This document shows, piece after piece, positions 45,075 through 56,344 of a stretch of DNA of 64,000 nucleotides. A model generated the notes under the pieces. The model had not been told where the DNA came from and ran no database searches. It saw only the letters and a program-made list of their open reading frames with translations. Each line of letters starts with the position of its first letter. Position 1 is the stretch's first letter. The position numbers and the translations under genes are program-made. Origin of the DNA: an uncultured Nitrososphaeraceae archaeon (GTDB lineage: Archaea; Thermoproteota; Nitrososphaeria; Nitrososphaerales; Nitrososphaeraceae); NCBI GenBank assembly GCA_963729045.1, contig CAVSMN010000011.1, forward strand, positions 64,001 to 128,000, in the 5' to 3' direction.

Positions 45075-45596
45075 TTAGCTAGATAATTTTCCGCCTTTAT
45101 TTTTGACTCTCTCGTAATAAACGTTAGATAATAACCAATTACCAAATCTCTGAATATCATTGTCTATTTTGGTCCAGAGATGAAAAGAACCCGGTAATAG
45201 ATCTATGCGCGAATTATTTGATTCGGAATTTTTAAAATTTATTTTCAGTCCTTCTTTTCCCTCATACATATAAGCATCAATTATTTGGATATTGCCTGCT
45301 AATCCCTTAGTTGCCTGAAGTTTTATTTGATCTCGCCCAATAGGAAAAGTTTTTCTAAATTTATCAAATATGAAACTCATGTTTTCAGTCCCATAACTTT
45401 GAAAGTCACCTATTTTCCTACGATCTGGAAAATGAATTTCCATGACTAGTCCATATCTTAACCCGACGAATTTGGATAATTCGTTTAACTTATAGTATGC
45501 AAGGGTAGGGTTCTGAATAACATTTTTCTGAAAAAAACCCATGTTAGCGTCGATATTATTCTTTAATTCACGCAAAAGGTTAGTAAATTCCTCCAC
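45075..45596 (-). CDS. conserved hypothetical protein
   Basis: 173-aa ORF. Confidence 0.7.
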   Translation of the reverse strand: MEEFTNLLRELKNNIDANMGFFQKNVIQNPTLAYYKLNELSKFVGLRYGLVMEIHFPDRRKIGDFQSYGTENMSFIFDKFRKTFPIGRDQIKLQATKGLAGNIQIIDAYMYEGKEGLKINFKNSESNNSRIDLLPGSFHLWTKIDNDIQRFGNWLLSNVYYERVKNKGGKLSS

Positions 45597-45632
45597 AAGT
45601 ATGTTGAAATTAAAGTTTAATAAATAAGTTAA

Positions 45633-46274
45633 TTGATTAAGTTATACCTTATAATGTTTGCGTCCGACAGAGATTCTGAACGAGCCACTAGTATAGAAGA
45701 TTACCAGAATACATGCACTGAGTTCATTCAAGATATAAGTAAAGACTATCGGGATTGGGTAGAAAGATATCAGCTTCCAAAAGATGAGCGGGATCAAAGA
45801 AATAAGGAGATTGAAGATATCGTAACAAAAACAAACGATTGGATATTCAAGTTTGGGAACACGATAAAAAAGATTGACATAATTATGAATGACGGGATCA
45901 ACAAGATGGCTGAAACTACTGCAGGATATCCATTTCAGATAGATGTATCTAGTAGTAATCAAAAAAGATATATAATTCATGAGAAGAAGTCAATAAAACT
46001 TAATCTGAGGTCTTTTCCGCGTCAACAAAGACAGGTTAGAGTTTGTAATTATGACAAGGATAATATTTTTTTATTATCATCTAGTAGTAAAACAGATGTG
46101 AAATACAGCAAGACTAGTTTTGATTCATCGGATCTGCTCGATGAATTTATCGTAATTAACCCAAATCAATTCGATAATGAAGAAGTTATTTCAATAACCA
46201 TCAAAGTTGAGGAACTAGAAAATGAGGTTGTTAAAGAAAGTCGTGGTTATACTACACTCTTAATAACAAGATAA
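45633..46274 (+). CDS. hypothetical protein
   Basis: 213-aa ORF; start possibly the ATG 7 codons later. Confidence 0.65.
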   Translation: MIKLYLIMFASDRDSERATSIEDYQNTCTEFIQDISKDYRDWVERYQLPKDERDQRNKEIEDIVTKTNDWIFKFGNTIKKIDIIMNDGINKMAETTAGYPFQIDVSSSNQKRYIIHEKKSIKLNLRSFPRQQRQVRVCNYDKDNIFLLSSSSKTDVKYSKTSFDSSDLLDEFIVINPNQFDNEEVISITIKVEELENEVVKESRGYTTLLITR

Positions 46275-46288
46275 AAACAGTTAGATCA

Positions 46289-47128
46289 CTAAGAACCTAT
46301 CTTTAAGTTCTTTGCACAAATACCCCGTAGACATTCGATTGCTGATAAGATGGCCAAATAACTAGTTTTAGGGTTGTCAGGGCTGGGCATGTTATCAACC
46401 TTGATTTGGAAACTTCCAAATTTCCACTTGACCTGAATCTCGTGCTGATTGTTTATTATTTTCGGATCTACTACTATTTTGACCCTAGTTTTTTCAAACC
46501 CTATTCCTGCTAAACTAACCAATGCGGATATGTTAACATTTGAAGGAAATTCCTTGATCGCATCAATAGCGTTACCATCAAAAATAACTTTCTTTTCTTT
46601 GATGATATCGATATCGATATCGTTATTGTAAAAATATGGAGCACCTTTTAACGATTTGTTGCTTTTTGTGGTTACGATGGTAACTTCATCTATGTAGTTT
46701 TTCACACTACGAATAATATCAGCCCCACCAATCGCCCCTGATGGAAGAAAAACATTGTTATCATTATCGGACATTAACTGAATAATGGTTTTATAAAATG
46801 CAGGATCAGAAAAGGCTCCAATACTCATTATCATAATGTCCTTTCCTTGTTTCAATATGGTAGCCATATACGTTTGAGCTGCTTTGACAGACGCGGCCTC
46901 AATGACCAGATTGACATTGTGATAGTCATTTGATGCAACTAGTTCATTAAAATCATCAAATATACTAGACGGTTTGGTCTGTAAATCCTTATGTAATGAC
47001 GCTAGCTTTAGGGGATCTATATCGAATAAGATAGATAATTCACAGTTTGGGATTTTCTTAGCGTCAATACTAAGTGCTATTTCACGCCCGATTGCTCCGC
47101 AACCTATTATCGCAACTTTTACATCCAA
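46289..47128 (-). CDS. nadX: L-aspartate dehydrogenase
   Basis: IIGCGAIG, VIEAAS, PSGAIGG.D, FP.NVNI, N.HEI, NPKTSYLA. Confidence 0.93.
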   Translation of the reverse strand: MDVKVAIIGCGAIGREIALSIDAKKIPNCELSILFDIDPLKLASLHKDLQTKPSSIFDDFNELVASNDYHNVNLVIEAASVKAAQTYMATILKQGKDIMIMSIGAFSDPAFYKTIIQLMSDNDNNVFLPSGAIGGADIIRSVKNYIDEVTIVTTKSNKSLKGAPYFYNNDIDIDIIKEKKVIFDGNAIDAIKEFPSNVNISALVSLAGIGFEKTRVKIVVDPKIINNQHEIQVKWKFGSFQIKVDNMPSPDNPKTSYLAILSAIECLRGICAKNLKIGS

Positions 47129-47165
47129 CTTTCATTTATGATAAAAAAAAATCACTTATAATCAT

Positions 47166-47798
47166 TTATCTTCTAGTTTGCGCCTTTTGAAGCCCCTTTA
47201 GGTATTTATCTAAACCGACTTGTTCCAATTTTGTATTCTTTAATTTGACCTCTTCTCTCATTTTCTCCTTGAATTGATTCAACTTCTTAAGTAAATACGG
47301 TCGAGAAATTGAGAGGATTGAACATGCTAAAAGGCCAGCATTCTTTGCTCCATTAATTGCTACTGTCGCAACAGGCACACCGGGAGGCATTTGGATTATG
47401 GAATAGAGCGAATCGATACCATTAAGAGGATTGGTCGAACTGTTGATAGGCACTCCGATCACGGGTATAGGTGTCATTGAGGCAACCATGCCTGGTAGGT
47501 GTGCAGATCCCCCTGCACCACTAATTATGACCTTGATACCACGTGATTGAGCAGTTTGAGAATATTCAGCCAATTCAATTGGCGTTCTATGTGCAGAGAC
47601 TATCTTTACTTCGTATGAGATTTCAAACTCATTCAGTACTCTAGCAGCCTCCTTCATTATTGGCAAATCTGAATCACTACCCATAATTATACCAACTATC
47701 GGTGAGACGGTTTTTTTCAAACCCGCTGGTTCACTGAGCTCCGGTTGGCCCTCCGACTTTTTCTTGCTATTATTATTAATTGGATTAGATTTCGCCAA
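47166..47798 (-). CDS. purE: N5-CAIR mutase
   Basis: [32 protein letters not shown]. Confidence 0.96.
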   Translation of the reverse strand: MAKSNPINNNSKKKSEGQPELSEPAGLKKTVSPIVGIIMGSDSDLPIMKEAARVLNEFEISYEVKIVSAHRTPIELAEYSQTAQSRGIKVIISGAGGSAHLPGMVASMTPIPVIGVPINSSTNPLNGIDSLYSIIQMPPGVPVATVAINGAKNAGLLACSILSISRPYLLKKLNQFKEKMREEVKLKNTKLEQVGLDKYLKGLQKAQTRR

Positions 47799-47843
47799 AG
47801 AATATACATGATCTTCAAACTAGTAGAATTTGAATTTTTAGAT

Positions 47844-49019
47844 CTATGACGATGGTTCTTGGACTTTGAGAAGATCTTCTACGTTGTATTTAGTTAAGAT
47901 GGGATCCGAGTTATTTGATACGATAGTTACATGACCGAGTTTTCTACGTGGTTTCGTTTCCAGTTTACCATATATATGAATTTTAACTCCCGGAATACCA
48001 AACAATTCATCAATCCCCGTAATTTCATAGGGACCAGTATAATTGTTCGGCCCAAGAATATTAATCATTACAGCATTTGATAGTAATATGGGCTGGAGAA
48101 GCGGATAATTGAGGATTGCCCTAATATGTTGCTCAAATTGAGAAATTGAACAGGCTTCAATAGAATAATGGCCGGAATTATGAGGTCTTGGAGCTATTTC
48201 GTTTATCAATACATTGTCATCCTCATCAACGAACATTTCTATTCCAAAAATGCCAGATCCCTTTAGAGATTTCATAGTCTTTATTGCCAAATCTATCGCT
48301 TTTCCTTCAGTCTCTTTACTGATTCTGGCAGGAATTATAGAAGTTTTCAAAATATGATCCTCATGAATATTTTCTGCTATGGGAAAGTACGAAATAGTGC
48401 CCGATGAATTTCTGGCGACCATAATGGAAATTTCTTTTTTAAAATTCACAAACTTTTCTACCATTATTTGACGGCCTGAAAAGTAGGCTAAGGCTTTGCC
48501 TATTTCAATTTCTGATCTAATCAAGTAATTTCCGCGACCGTCGTATGAATCTTCACATGCTTTTAATAGTACAGGAAACCCTGAATTAGAACAATAGTCC
48601 ATCAATTGTTCTTTGCTAGAAACTAGTTCAAAGTCGGGGACTGTAATCATGTTTTCTCTCAAAAATTTTTTTTGACGGTACTTATTTTGAATGATGGAGA
48701 GGGTTTTTGGTGAGGGATGTACCACGAATCCTGATTCTTCAAGATTATTAAGGGCAGTGGCATTTGCTAATTCGATTTCAAAAGTGATAATATCGACCTC
48801 CTTTGATAAATCATATATTTTTTGTTCGTCAGAGAAGTCACCAATGATTAGTTTATCTGCGAGACTTGAAGCAGGACAATCCTTGTTGGGATCTAATATT
48901 ATTACCTTCATAAACATGCGTTTTGCCTCAAAAGCCATCATCTTTCCAAGTTGTCCCCCCCCAACAATACCCAATCTGATTGGTTTATTAATTGAAAACT
49001 TTTCTTTGAATAATGTCAA
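47844..49019 (-). CDS. purK: N5-CAIR synthase
   Basis: GGGQLG.MM, YDGRGN, NEIAPRPHNSGH, RKLGH. Confidence 0.96.
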   Translation of the reverse strand: MTLFKEKFSINKPIRLGIVGGGQLGKMMAFEAKRMFMKVIILDPNKDCPASSLADKLIIGDFSDEQKIYDLSKEVDIITFEIELANATALNNLEESGFVVHPSPKTLSIIQNKYRQKKFLRENMITVPDFELVSSKEQLMDYCSNSGFPVLLKACEDSYDGRGNYLIRSEIEIGKALAYFSGRQIMVEKFVNFKKEISIMVARNSSGTISYFPIAENIHEDHILKTSIIPARISKETEGKAIDLAIKTMKSLKGSGIFGIEMFVDEDDNVLINEIAPRPHNSGHYSIEACSISQFEQHIRAILNYPLLQPILLSNAVMINILGPNNYTGPYEITGIDELFGIPGVKIHIYGKLETKPRRKLGHVTIVSNNSDPILTKYNVEDLLKVQEPSS

Positions 49020-49082
49020 CTAACTTACCTAGTAAAATTACCTACCAAATTTGATATAGACATAACTACCCCAAATTTCGAT

Positions 49083-50118
49083 TTACTTCACAAATATTTT
49101 TATAGCTTGTGGAGGACAGACATTTTCGCACGCCAAACAAAAAATACAATCCTTTTCTCTAATCATAAATGGTTTCCTCTCGGAAGCCGGATGTCCTGGC
49201 GTATCAAGCCATTCATAAACATTCACTGGGCATGCATCAATACAGGCACCATCTGAAATACAAATGTCAAAATCAACGCACACATCCGTGCCCCAAATCC
49301 CGAGTTGTCCAGGTGCATCGTATGGACCCCATACTTGGATTCCTTGAAACTTTCCTGCAGGTTGTCTCTTTGATTTAAAGCCAGTATCTATTGGTCCTTC
49401 TGCTGTCTGGTAGTCTGTTCCAGTGCCTGTAAGTTGAATTGTGGTATTTTCGGAAAGTTTTGTTGCTTTAGATGCTGGCATAGGAGATGGTACAGCAACT
49501 GCTTGATTTTCAATTAGATTCTCGCCTGAGGGTTTTCCCGTTCGTTGTTACAGATGGGTTTACTAATGATTTCTTCTCTTCCTTAAGATTCTTTAAAGCG
49601 TTTGCTAAAGGAGTGATAGATTCTAATTTTTTTATTGATTCGGCTTGGCTCAATTTCTGGATTTTCTGGTAGTAAGTAATTAGTTTTTGTCCTATCTTGG
49701 TATTTCGAATGATATTATCTATAATTATTTTAGCATTATGATCAGCCTTTTGTCTATAATTTCGAATCCAATAAAAGTCACCAAATGTCTCTAGAGGCTT
49801 TATCTGATAAATTATGTCCAACACCTCCCCTATCACTATTTCAACTGTTACGTTTAGTTCTGCAGATTGTTCTGAATTTGTGTATATATCAAAACCTTTT
49901 TCAATCCATTTAAAAGTGACAAAAATTCTGTCAGCATAAGTATCGAGAACATATCCATGAGGCTTGAGTTCACTCATAATTCCATTAACCTCCGACTGTC
50001 CAACTATGTCTACAGGCAATCTATATATTCCGAGTTTAGCACTATGAGTTGGATAAATACCTCGTTTTGCAACTTCAGAAAGCATTACCCAAACTTTATC
50101 TGATAGCAAGAGAGACAT
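49083..50118 (-). CDS. N-terminal uncharacterised domain fused to dicluster ferredoxin (frameshift near 49535)
   Basis: Removing one base in GGGAAAACCC joins ORF 49510-50118 to ...GKPSGENLIENQAVAVPSPMPASK... and the ferredoxin ORF 49083-49481. Confidence 0.8.
49087..49424 (-). repeat. 338-bp inverted repeat, copy 2 (partner 15347-15684)
   Basis: 336/338 identity by direct comparison. Confidence 0.95.
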
Positions 50119-50177
50119 TGAATATAAATACTTTTAATTGAGGTTATTAAAACTTATGTATACTCAAATAAACTAGT

Positions 50178-50507
50178 CTACAGTTCGTCCGGACAAGTCA
50201 TTTCTCTTATTTCATTATATTTTTTTTCCATCTTTTCCCCAATGGTAGTAACGAACTCTAAATCATATTCGGATTTAGGATAAAACCAGCGCTTTACAAC
50301 CTTGTGGCCAGTCCCTTCCATATCATAAATCATACCTCTTTCAGATATCACTTTACTTTTTTCATCAATTATTGTATCTTTAACTTCTAAACCACGCTTG
50401 GTCTTGTCTATCAATATTAGAAATTGAGAATCTTCAAAAATAAAATAGAACTTCCCTTTCTTAATCAATTCAGGTTCAGGTTTCGAAATAGTATTTTCTC
50501 CAGACAT
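50178..50507 (-). CDS. conserved hypothetical protein
   Basis: ORF between sulfurtransferase and ferredoxin fusion; GMIYDMEGTGHKV..RWFYPK, ends TCPDEL. Confidence 0.7.
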   Translation of the reverse strand: MSGENTISKPEPELIKKGKFYFIFEDSQFLILIDKTKRGLEVKDTIIDEKSKVISERGMIYDMEGTGHKVVKRWFYPKSEYDLEFVTTIGEKMEKKYNEIREMTCPDEL

Positions 50508-50523
50508 CAAATATTTAACCCAT

Positions 50524-51372
50524 TTATTTTTCAATTGGATTTCCGATCATATTTCCCCATTCCGTCCAAGAACCATCATAGTTTCTGACTGAAGGATACC
50601 CCAATAAATATTTCAGTACAAACCATGTATGCGATGATCGTTCCCCAATCCTGCAGTAGCAAATTATGTGTTTATCAGGCGTAATACCTTGCTTGGCGTA
50701 TAAACTCTCCAAATCTTCTGCGGATTTAAATGTCCCATCATCGTTAATAGCCTGAAGCCACGGTATATTTTTAGCGCCTGGGATATGTCCACCTCTCTGA
50801 GCATGCTCCATTGGATATTCTGGTGGGGATGTTATCTCCCCGCTAAATTCTTTTACAGACCTAACGTCGACTAATCCAACCTCCGCTTTCCTAAATGAAC
50901 GCTTTACATCATCTAAATAAGCCCGTACGCCTTCATCAGGAGGAGCTGCTACATAATTGGAAGGATTTGGAGTGGGTTCATCCTTAGTATAAGGTCGATT
51001 TTCATTTTCCCATTTTTTTCTTCCCCCATTCATTATTCTAATTTTTTTATGACCAAAATACTTAAACACCCAGAATGCAAATGCAGCGAACCAGTTGTTA
51101 AAATCTCCGTATAGGATTAATTCATCATCCGGCCTTACTCCTAGACGTGACATTAAATCCTCGAATTGGAGCTTATTAATAATATCTCGAGTTGATGAAT
51201 CATTAATATCCCTTTTCCACCACACCATGTAAGAATTTGGCAAGTGGCCCTCTTTGTAGGCATTTTCCACGTCGTAATCAACTTCTAAAATTTTTATCTT
51301 ATCATTATTCAGATTATTGTTAACCCAATCGGTCTCGCAAAGGACATCTTGATTGGCATATTGTTTGGTCAT
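50524..51372 (-). CDS. thiosulfate sulfurtransferase (two-domain rhodanese)
   Basis: GHLP, VDVRS..EF.GE, GGHIPGA, YCRIGERSS, YDGSWTEWG. Confidence 0.95.
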   Translation of the reverse strand: MTKQYANQDVLCETDWVNNNLNNDKIKILEVDYDVENAYKEGHLPNSYMVWWKRDINDSSTRDIINKLQFEDLMSRLGVRPDDELILYGDFNNWFAAFAFWVFKYFGHKKIRIMNGGRKKWENENRPYTKDEPTPNPSNYVAAPPDEGVRAYLDDVKRSFRKAEVGLVDVRSVKEFSGEITSPPEYPMEHAQRGGHIPGAKNIPWLQAINDDGTFKSAEDLESLYAKQGITPDKHIICYCRIGERSSHTWFVLKYLLGYPSVRNYDGSWTEWGNMIGNPIEK

Positions 51373-51491
51373 GAATAAATTAGGAAGGTAAACTATATAA
51401 TATATTTGTCTTTCAAAAAGGGGGTTATGAAGACAATATTAAAAACAATAAAATAGTACGAGAAAATATGTTTGAGTGAAACAGCCTAAAT

Positions 51492-51583
51492 GGGCCGGTA
51501 GTTTAGTCTGGTAGAATACCTGCCTTGCATGCAATCAGCAGAGGATACGTAGGTGGTCGTGGGTTCAAATCCCACCCGGTCCA
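51492..51583 (+). tRNA. tRNA-Ala(TGC) with 18-nt intron (51529-51546)
   Basis: GGGCCGG/CCGGTCC acceptor with G3-U70, anticodon TGC 51526-51528, GGTTCAAATCC; BHB CCTT/GAGG with GCA and ATA bulges gives a 36/37 junction. Confidence 0.93.
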
Positions 51584-51798
51584 CGTCTATATAGGTCTTT
51601 AAATTGGATTCCATTTTTTATATGTTATATATTATGACCATTGAACCAACAAAAGCAAACATCGATCCTTTTTCTACATCAAATTCTATTTTAAGTAACT
51701 GATTTTAACGACATTGACATAATTAATCAATATTTAGACATGAATACAGACCTCCGGCCCGGGTCAAACTTGAATATCTATAATATTAACAATGCTGT

Positions 51799-52020
51799 TC
51801 AGTAACGCTTAATGACTGATTCTTTGTACTTTTGTTTGACGCCATTTCCTCTAAACGATCTTAATCTTAATTTGTAATTGCAGCAAGGGCAGGTACTTTT
51901 ATCCCATGAAATAAAGATCTCGCATATAGTACATCTTTTCTGTTTATCGTGTTCATATCTTAAGGATTCATTAGAGCTTCTTTTTGCTTTGTATCTTACA
52001 CATATGCCATTACAACTCAT
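51799..52020 (-). CDS. Cys-rich protein, paralog of 43056-43295
   Basis: MSCNGICVRYKA...KRCTICEIFISW...CPCCNYKLR. Confidence 0.8.
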   Translation of the reverse strand: MSCNGICVRYKAKRSSNESLRYEHDKQKRCTICEIFISWDKSTCPCCNYKLRLRSFRGNGVKQKYKESVIKRY

Positions 52021-52659
52021 TTACGAATGCATTTTCAAGTGATATTGTTTGCTAAAAGGATTATCGAATATTTATCTAAAATATTTTAATATAATAATTG
52101 TAGCTACAAAAATACTATTAAATTTATAAATGAAGAGGGATGTAATAAGGAAAATTTTAAAAAGGATTGAAATTTATCCAAGAGTTGGTATTTTTTTAGA
52201 TATTATAGTATGTGAATTTGCACAGTGATTCTTCCGCCCATCACAATTTCATGATGGCGCCCATTTATAATTTGTTTTAACCGATTTCAGCCTGTTATAA
52301 AAGGAAATTTGATTTACCTCTTTTAGAAGATATTAACTATCCTTCGTCCTGATTCCCTACACTACAAAGAATGAAGTTCCATGTCATTTTGCCACATATC
52401 CAATTCGATTCGTGCCTTATACTTTTAACCTGTCACGTAGACACACGGCCAGTATTTGGTTGATATTAGTCGTAACAAGCGTCATGGATGAAAGCCAGAC
52501 TGGGTGGGCATTATCGTCTTTCCGAGAATGAACAATACGCAAATATAGATTTTAAATAAAAATATCAAAGGCAAATAAAAAAATTAAAAATAGAAAGATG
52601 GATTGGCTATTTTCCACCCTTTTGGTTTTTGACTACACTGCTTGTATCTACTGTTGGCT

Positions 52660-52985
52660 TTAAGCTCTTAATTTTGTCTTCACCTGGCTGGAAATCTGTC
52701 ATTGTGTTTTTTCCTTTTCCACCATCTACTCTATCCGCTCCATCTCCACCTGTGTTGGTGTCGTAGCCTGTGCCGCTGTTTATTGTGTCATCCCCTGCCC
52801 CACCCTCATTATAATCATTCCCGTCGCCGCTTGTTATTATGTCCGTTCCATTTCCACCGGTGTTGGTGTCGTCGCCTGTGCCCCTGTCTATTGTGCGTCA
52901 GAATCCTCATTTGCAATTTATCGATTATAAGATTCGTTAGATCATTATCCCTGCTGTTAAATACAATCCTGATTAATAACATTCT
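52660..52985 (-). pseudogene. RTX/hemolysin-type Ca-binding repeat protein fragment (5' limit approximate)
   Basis: Across frames: RGTGDDTNT GGNGTDIIT SGDGNDYNE GGQGDDTIN SGTGYDTNT GGDGADRVD GGKGKNTMTDFQPGEDKI. Confidence 0.7.
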
Positions 52986-53024
52986 ATGAAAAGATTTTAG
53001 TTTGGAGTAATTCAAATAATAATA

Positions 53025-54735
53025 ATGTCGATTTCAATTTTTGTAAAGACTATTACACTCTATAGTATCGTTATAGTTTCATTTCTAAGTATCTTTCAAA
53101 CTTCAAGTACCATTATCCATGTTTTAGCCAGTAGCATAGAAGATCCCGATCGAATTTCAACAGACGGGTTTGACATATCTTATCGGATGAACGACCAAAA
53201 GGTAGGTGGATCTGAAAAACCATTTTGAAACGGGATTGGAAGATAGAAATAAAGATAACTGGGTGTTTGTCAACCATGATATTTATGGGTCAAGGAACAG
53301 TAATCAAACTCAGATCGACAAATCTAATGTGGGAGATTTAAAAGTTCAGTGGCGATTGAATAACACCTTTGAAATTCAGGACCCACCCATAATAGTAAAC
53401 GGTAGTGGTTATTTTCAGGACTATATAGGAAACATCATTTCTTTTGATACTCTAACTGGCAACATTAAATGGAGGCTTGATTTAGACGGAGGCCCAACTA
53501 TGGGTCTGTATTTTTCAGATGGAATAATTTATGCTACCGTGGGAACTAAAGCTAAAATTATTTCAGTGGACTCTAAGAATGGAGAGATATTGTGGGAGTC
53601 TCCAAAATTAGGAGATACCGGTTTAGGATATGCAATAAATTCACCCCCCTTGATTTGGAAAGATTATGTAATCGCAGGTTCTGGCGGTAGTGGATTACCC
53701 CCTGGAAAGGGATTTGTAAAGGGCAACATAACGGCGCTAAACAAAACAGATGGGAGCATTCTATGGAATATTGACACAACGACTGGAGCATGGGTTGAGA
53801 ACGGTAAAAATCCACCTAACGGCGGAGCAACAGCTTGGTCTGGCGGCTCAATCGACGCTGATACAGGAATTGCATATATCCCCTTGGGCAGTGCATCTCC
53901 TAATTTCAACGCATCAACAAGGCAATCACCTAATCTTTATTCTAATCACATGGTAGCAGTAGATATTAGAGAGGGCAAAATTATCTGGGCAACTCCATTT
54001 ATTGCTCATGGGACAGTCTTGAATGTAAAAGTTCCAGACACTCATGATTGGGATACTTCTTGGGGAAGTAGTGTAAGTAATGTAAAATTTGAAAATGGGT
54101 CAACAAAAAAAATAGTGATAGGGCATGACAAAATGGGCAATGTAATTGCAATGGATGCATTAAATGGGAAAGAAATATGGTGGACAAGTTTGGGTAGACA
54201 AGTTAACACTGACAGCCTACCATCACCATCTGGGAGCGGAATGATTTGGTCATACGGAATATATAACTACCACGCAGTGGACGAGGACACCTTATACATA
54301 ACCGCAACTAATAGAGGACTAAATTTTTTTACTGACGGATTAAGCGGACATAAAGAGGATCCCGAGAATTCGATCGAGCAGGGATTGGTAAATGGTAGTA
54401 TATATGCATTAGACAAAAAATCAGGTAATGTAAAATGGAAGATTGACACAGATTATCCTCCTAGAGTTTCTCCCATGGTTTCAAATGGGGTTGTTTACAC
54501 GGGTTACATCAAGTTTGGTGAAAACTATAGGACCGGAATCATCTTGGCACTAGACAGTAACACTGGGGAAAAACTTTGGGAATATGATGTTCGGGGTTCA
54601 ATCTCTCCTGTAGGAGCATCTATTGGGGATGGAATGCTTTTTGTACCTACTGACAAAGTCAATTTGTATCCAAACGAAGATGATGATAATGAGATAGGTG
54701 GATCGATAATCGCATTCATGCCAATAGAAAATTAA
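53025..54735 (+). CDS. secreted PQQ-binding beta-propeller / PQQ dehydrogenase-like protein (signal peptide split off by frameshift near 53215)
   Basis: NW..N.D..G.R.S...QI...NV..L...W; repeated A.D..TG...W; GGATAW; HDWDTSW. Confidence 0.85.
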
Positions 54736-54741
54736 TTGGAT

Positions 54742-55026
54742 TCAACCCTTATTTTTTTCATCTGTTGAGCATTCTAAACAACATAATGAAATAGAATTTG
54801 ACTTATTGTTCTTATATTTTATGGTACAGTTCTTACATTGATCATATGGGCAATAATCACATTTTCTAAGTTCATTGTCGCAAATCATTTTTGTACACAA
54901 CCTGCAAAAACTAAAGTGTTTATTGCAAATTGCATTATTACAGTAATAACATCTTTTTATTTCCTGACCCCTGGTCACATCGATGTTCTTTTCACATACT
55001 ATACAGACCTTCTTAGCTGGAGGCAT
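54742..55026 (-). CDS. Cys-rich (15 Cys) multi-Zn-finger protein
   Basis: Tandem CxxCxxxxCxx(H/E/C) units. Confidence 0.7.
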   Translation of the reverse strand: MPPAKKVCIVCEKNIDVTRGQEIKRCYYCNNAICNKHFSFCRLCTKMICDNELRKCDYCPYDQCKNCTIKYKNNKSNSISLCCLECSTDEKNKG

Positions 55027-55514
55027 TTTTGATCGGATTCCTTCCTTGCATTGTATTAATTATAGTAAATAGACAGTTAATTTAATTTATTTATGTAAGG
55101 GATTGTTGGAGCCAAATTATACTAAAAGACCATTTGAACTAGAATTGCTTATATAGCCACATACAATCTTGATTTAGATATTGGAATAAATAAAAATCCA
55201 AAAAACAGATTATAGAGGTATTGTAATCTTATTTGCTTTCTCACCGTGTATTCAAATTCAATCTTGTAATAGCGATAGGTATTTCATGCTATATTTAAAA
55301 GTGATAAACTCTATGCAATCATCCTTGCACGATAAGCACCTATTAGAACAAGGCTAAATATAGATTCAGAATCGTATAGATTAAACGTGAACTATAATCT
55401 AATTGACATTTCAATTTTATCTTTATGGTAGAAATATATTTCTAATAAAAATTTTGTTTTAATTGTACAGCTTGATCTTAAGAATTTTAAATAAATTCAA
55501 AAACCCATTAAACA

Positions 55515-55865
55515 TTGATAATGAAGAATATTATGATAATTTCTGTGATTTCTATGATTACGTTATTTTCGATTATAAATACCAATTATGCTTTTGCAGA
55601 TAATAAAGATACACAAGTTAAAACTGGGGAGAGCTCAGATGAACAAAACAGAGATCTTGTTCAAGATAATTACCAAAATAATCAATGTAGGGATGATGCA
55701 AAGTGCGATAATCAATCACTCGAACAGTTGAATAATCAAGTGAATCAATGTAGAGATGGTGCAAACTGCGTAAATGAATCAGTTTCAAACATATTCGTAT
55801 GCGAGGAAAAATCGTTGTGCTTGATCCAGTATGAAGGGCCATTTGAATTGCTAAATCCTTATTAA
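55515..55865 (+). CDS. small secreted Cys/Asn/Gln-repeat protein
   Basis: Signal peptide ending AFA; NQCRDDAKCDN / NQCRDGANCVN repeats. Confidence 0.7.
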   Translation: MIMKNIMIISVISMITLFSIINTNYAFADNKDTQVKTGESSDEQNRDLVQDNYQNNQCRDDAKCDNQSLEQLNNQVNQCRDGANCVNESVSNIFVCEEKSLCLIQYEGPFELLNPY

Positions 55866-56344
55866 GTTAAGTTCGAATTATATTTTGGTTTTAGGAACAT
55901 AGGCTATGATGTTTTTAGTTCTCATATTGGAAATTTATACCCCTTTTTTAAGGTGTCGCCTTTAATTGTTAGATGATGTTTGAATACAGCACCCTTAACC
56001 CTAGTTAGAATTTCATCCTCTTCCAATCCCCAGTAAAATCTCAATAGGTCCTTTTTATGGGTTCAATCTTTATGACAACCAATTCAAACGTGTTCACGAG
56101 CTATTTACAACAAAATAAGTACTATTTTTGTGTCAAAATATACATATTTCATTGCAAATACTAGTTGATGGTCGGAACTTACTAACCTTATTTTCAAGTA
56201 TGGTTCATAGGATTAGAGTTCAATATTATCGGTGTTAGTGACAATTCTTAGATAATTTAATTTGAACATAATTACAACTAAAAAACTATTAAATATTCGC
56301 AATTCATCCAAAGGTTTAAAAAATTATGGAAATCCAATAATACT

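Noticed and set aside
51751..51770. CTCCGGCCCGGGTCAAAC as an attR of tRNA-Glu
   Set aside because: Only 8-12 nt of imperfect similarity; compatible with chance
52702..53015. Cys/His-rich and Arg/His-rich ORFs resembling metallothionein
   Set aside because: Antisense and off-frame readings of RTX repeats
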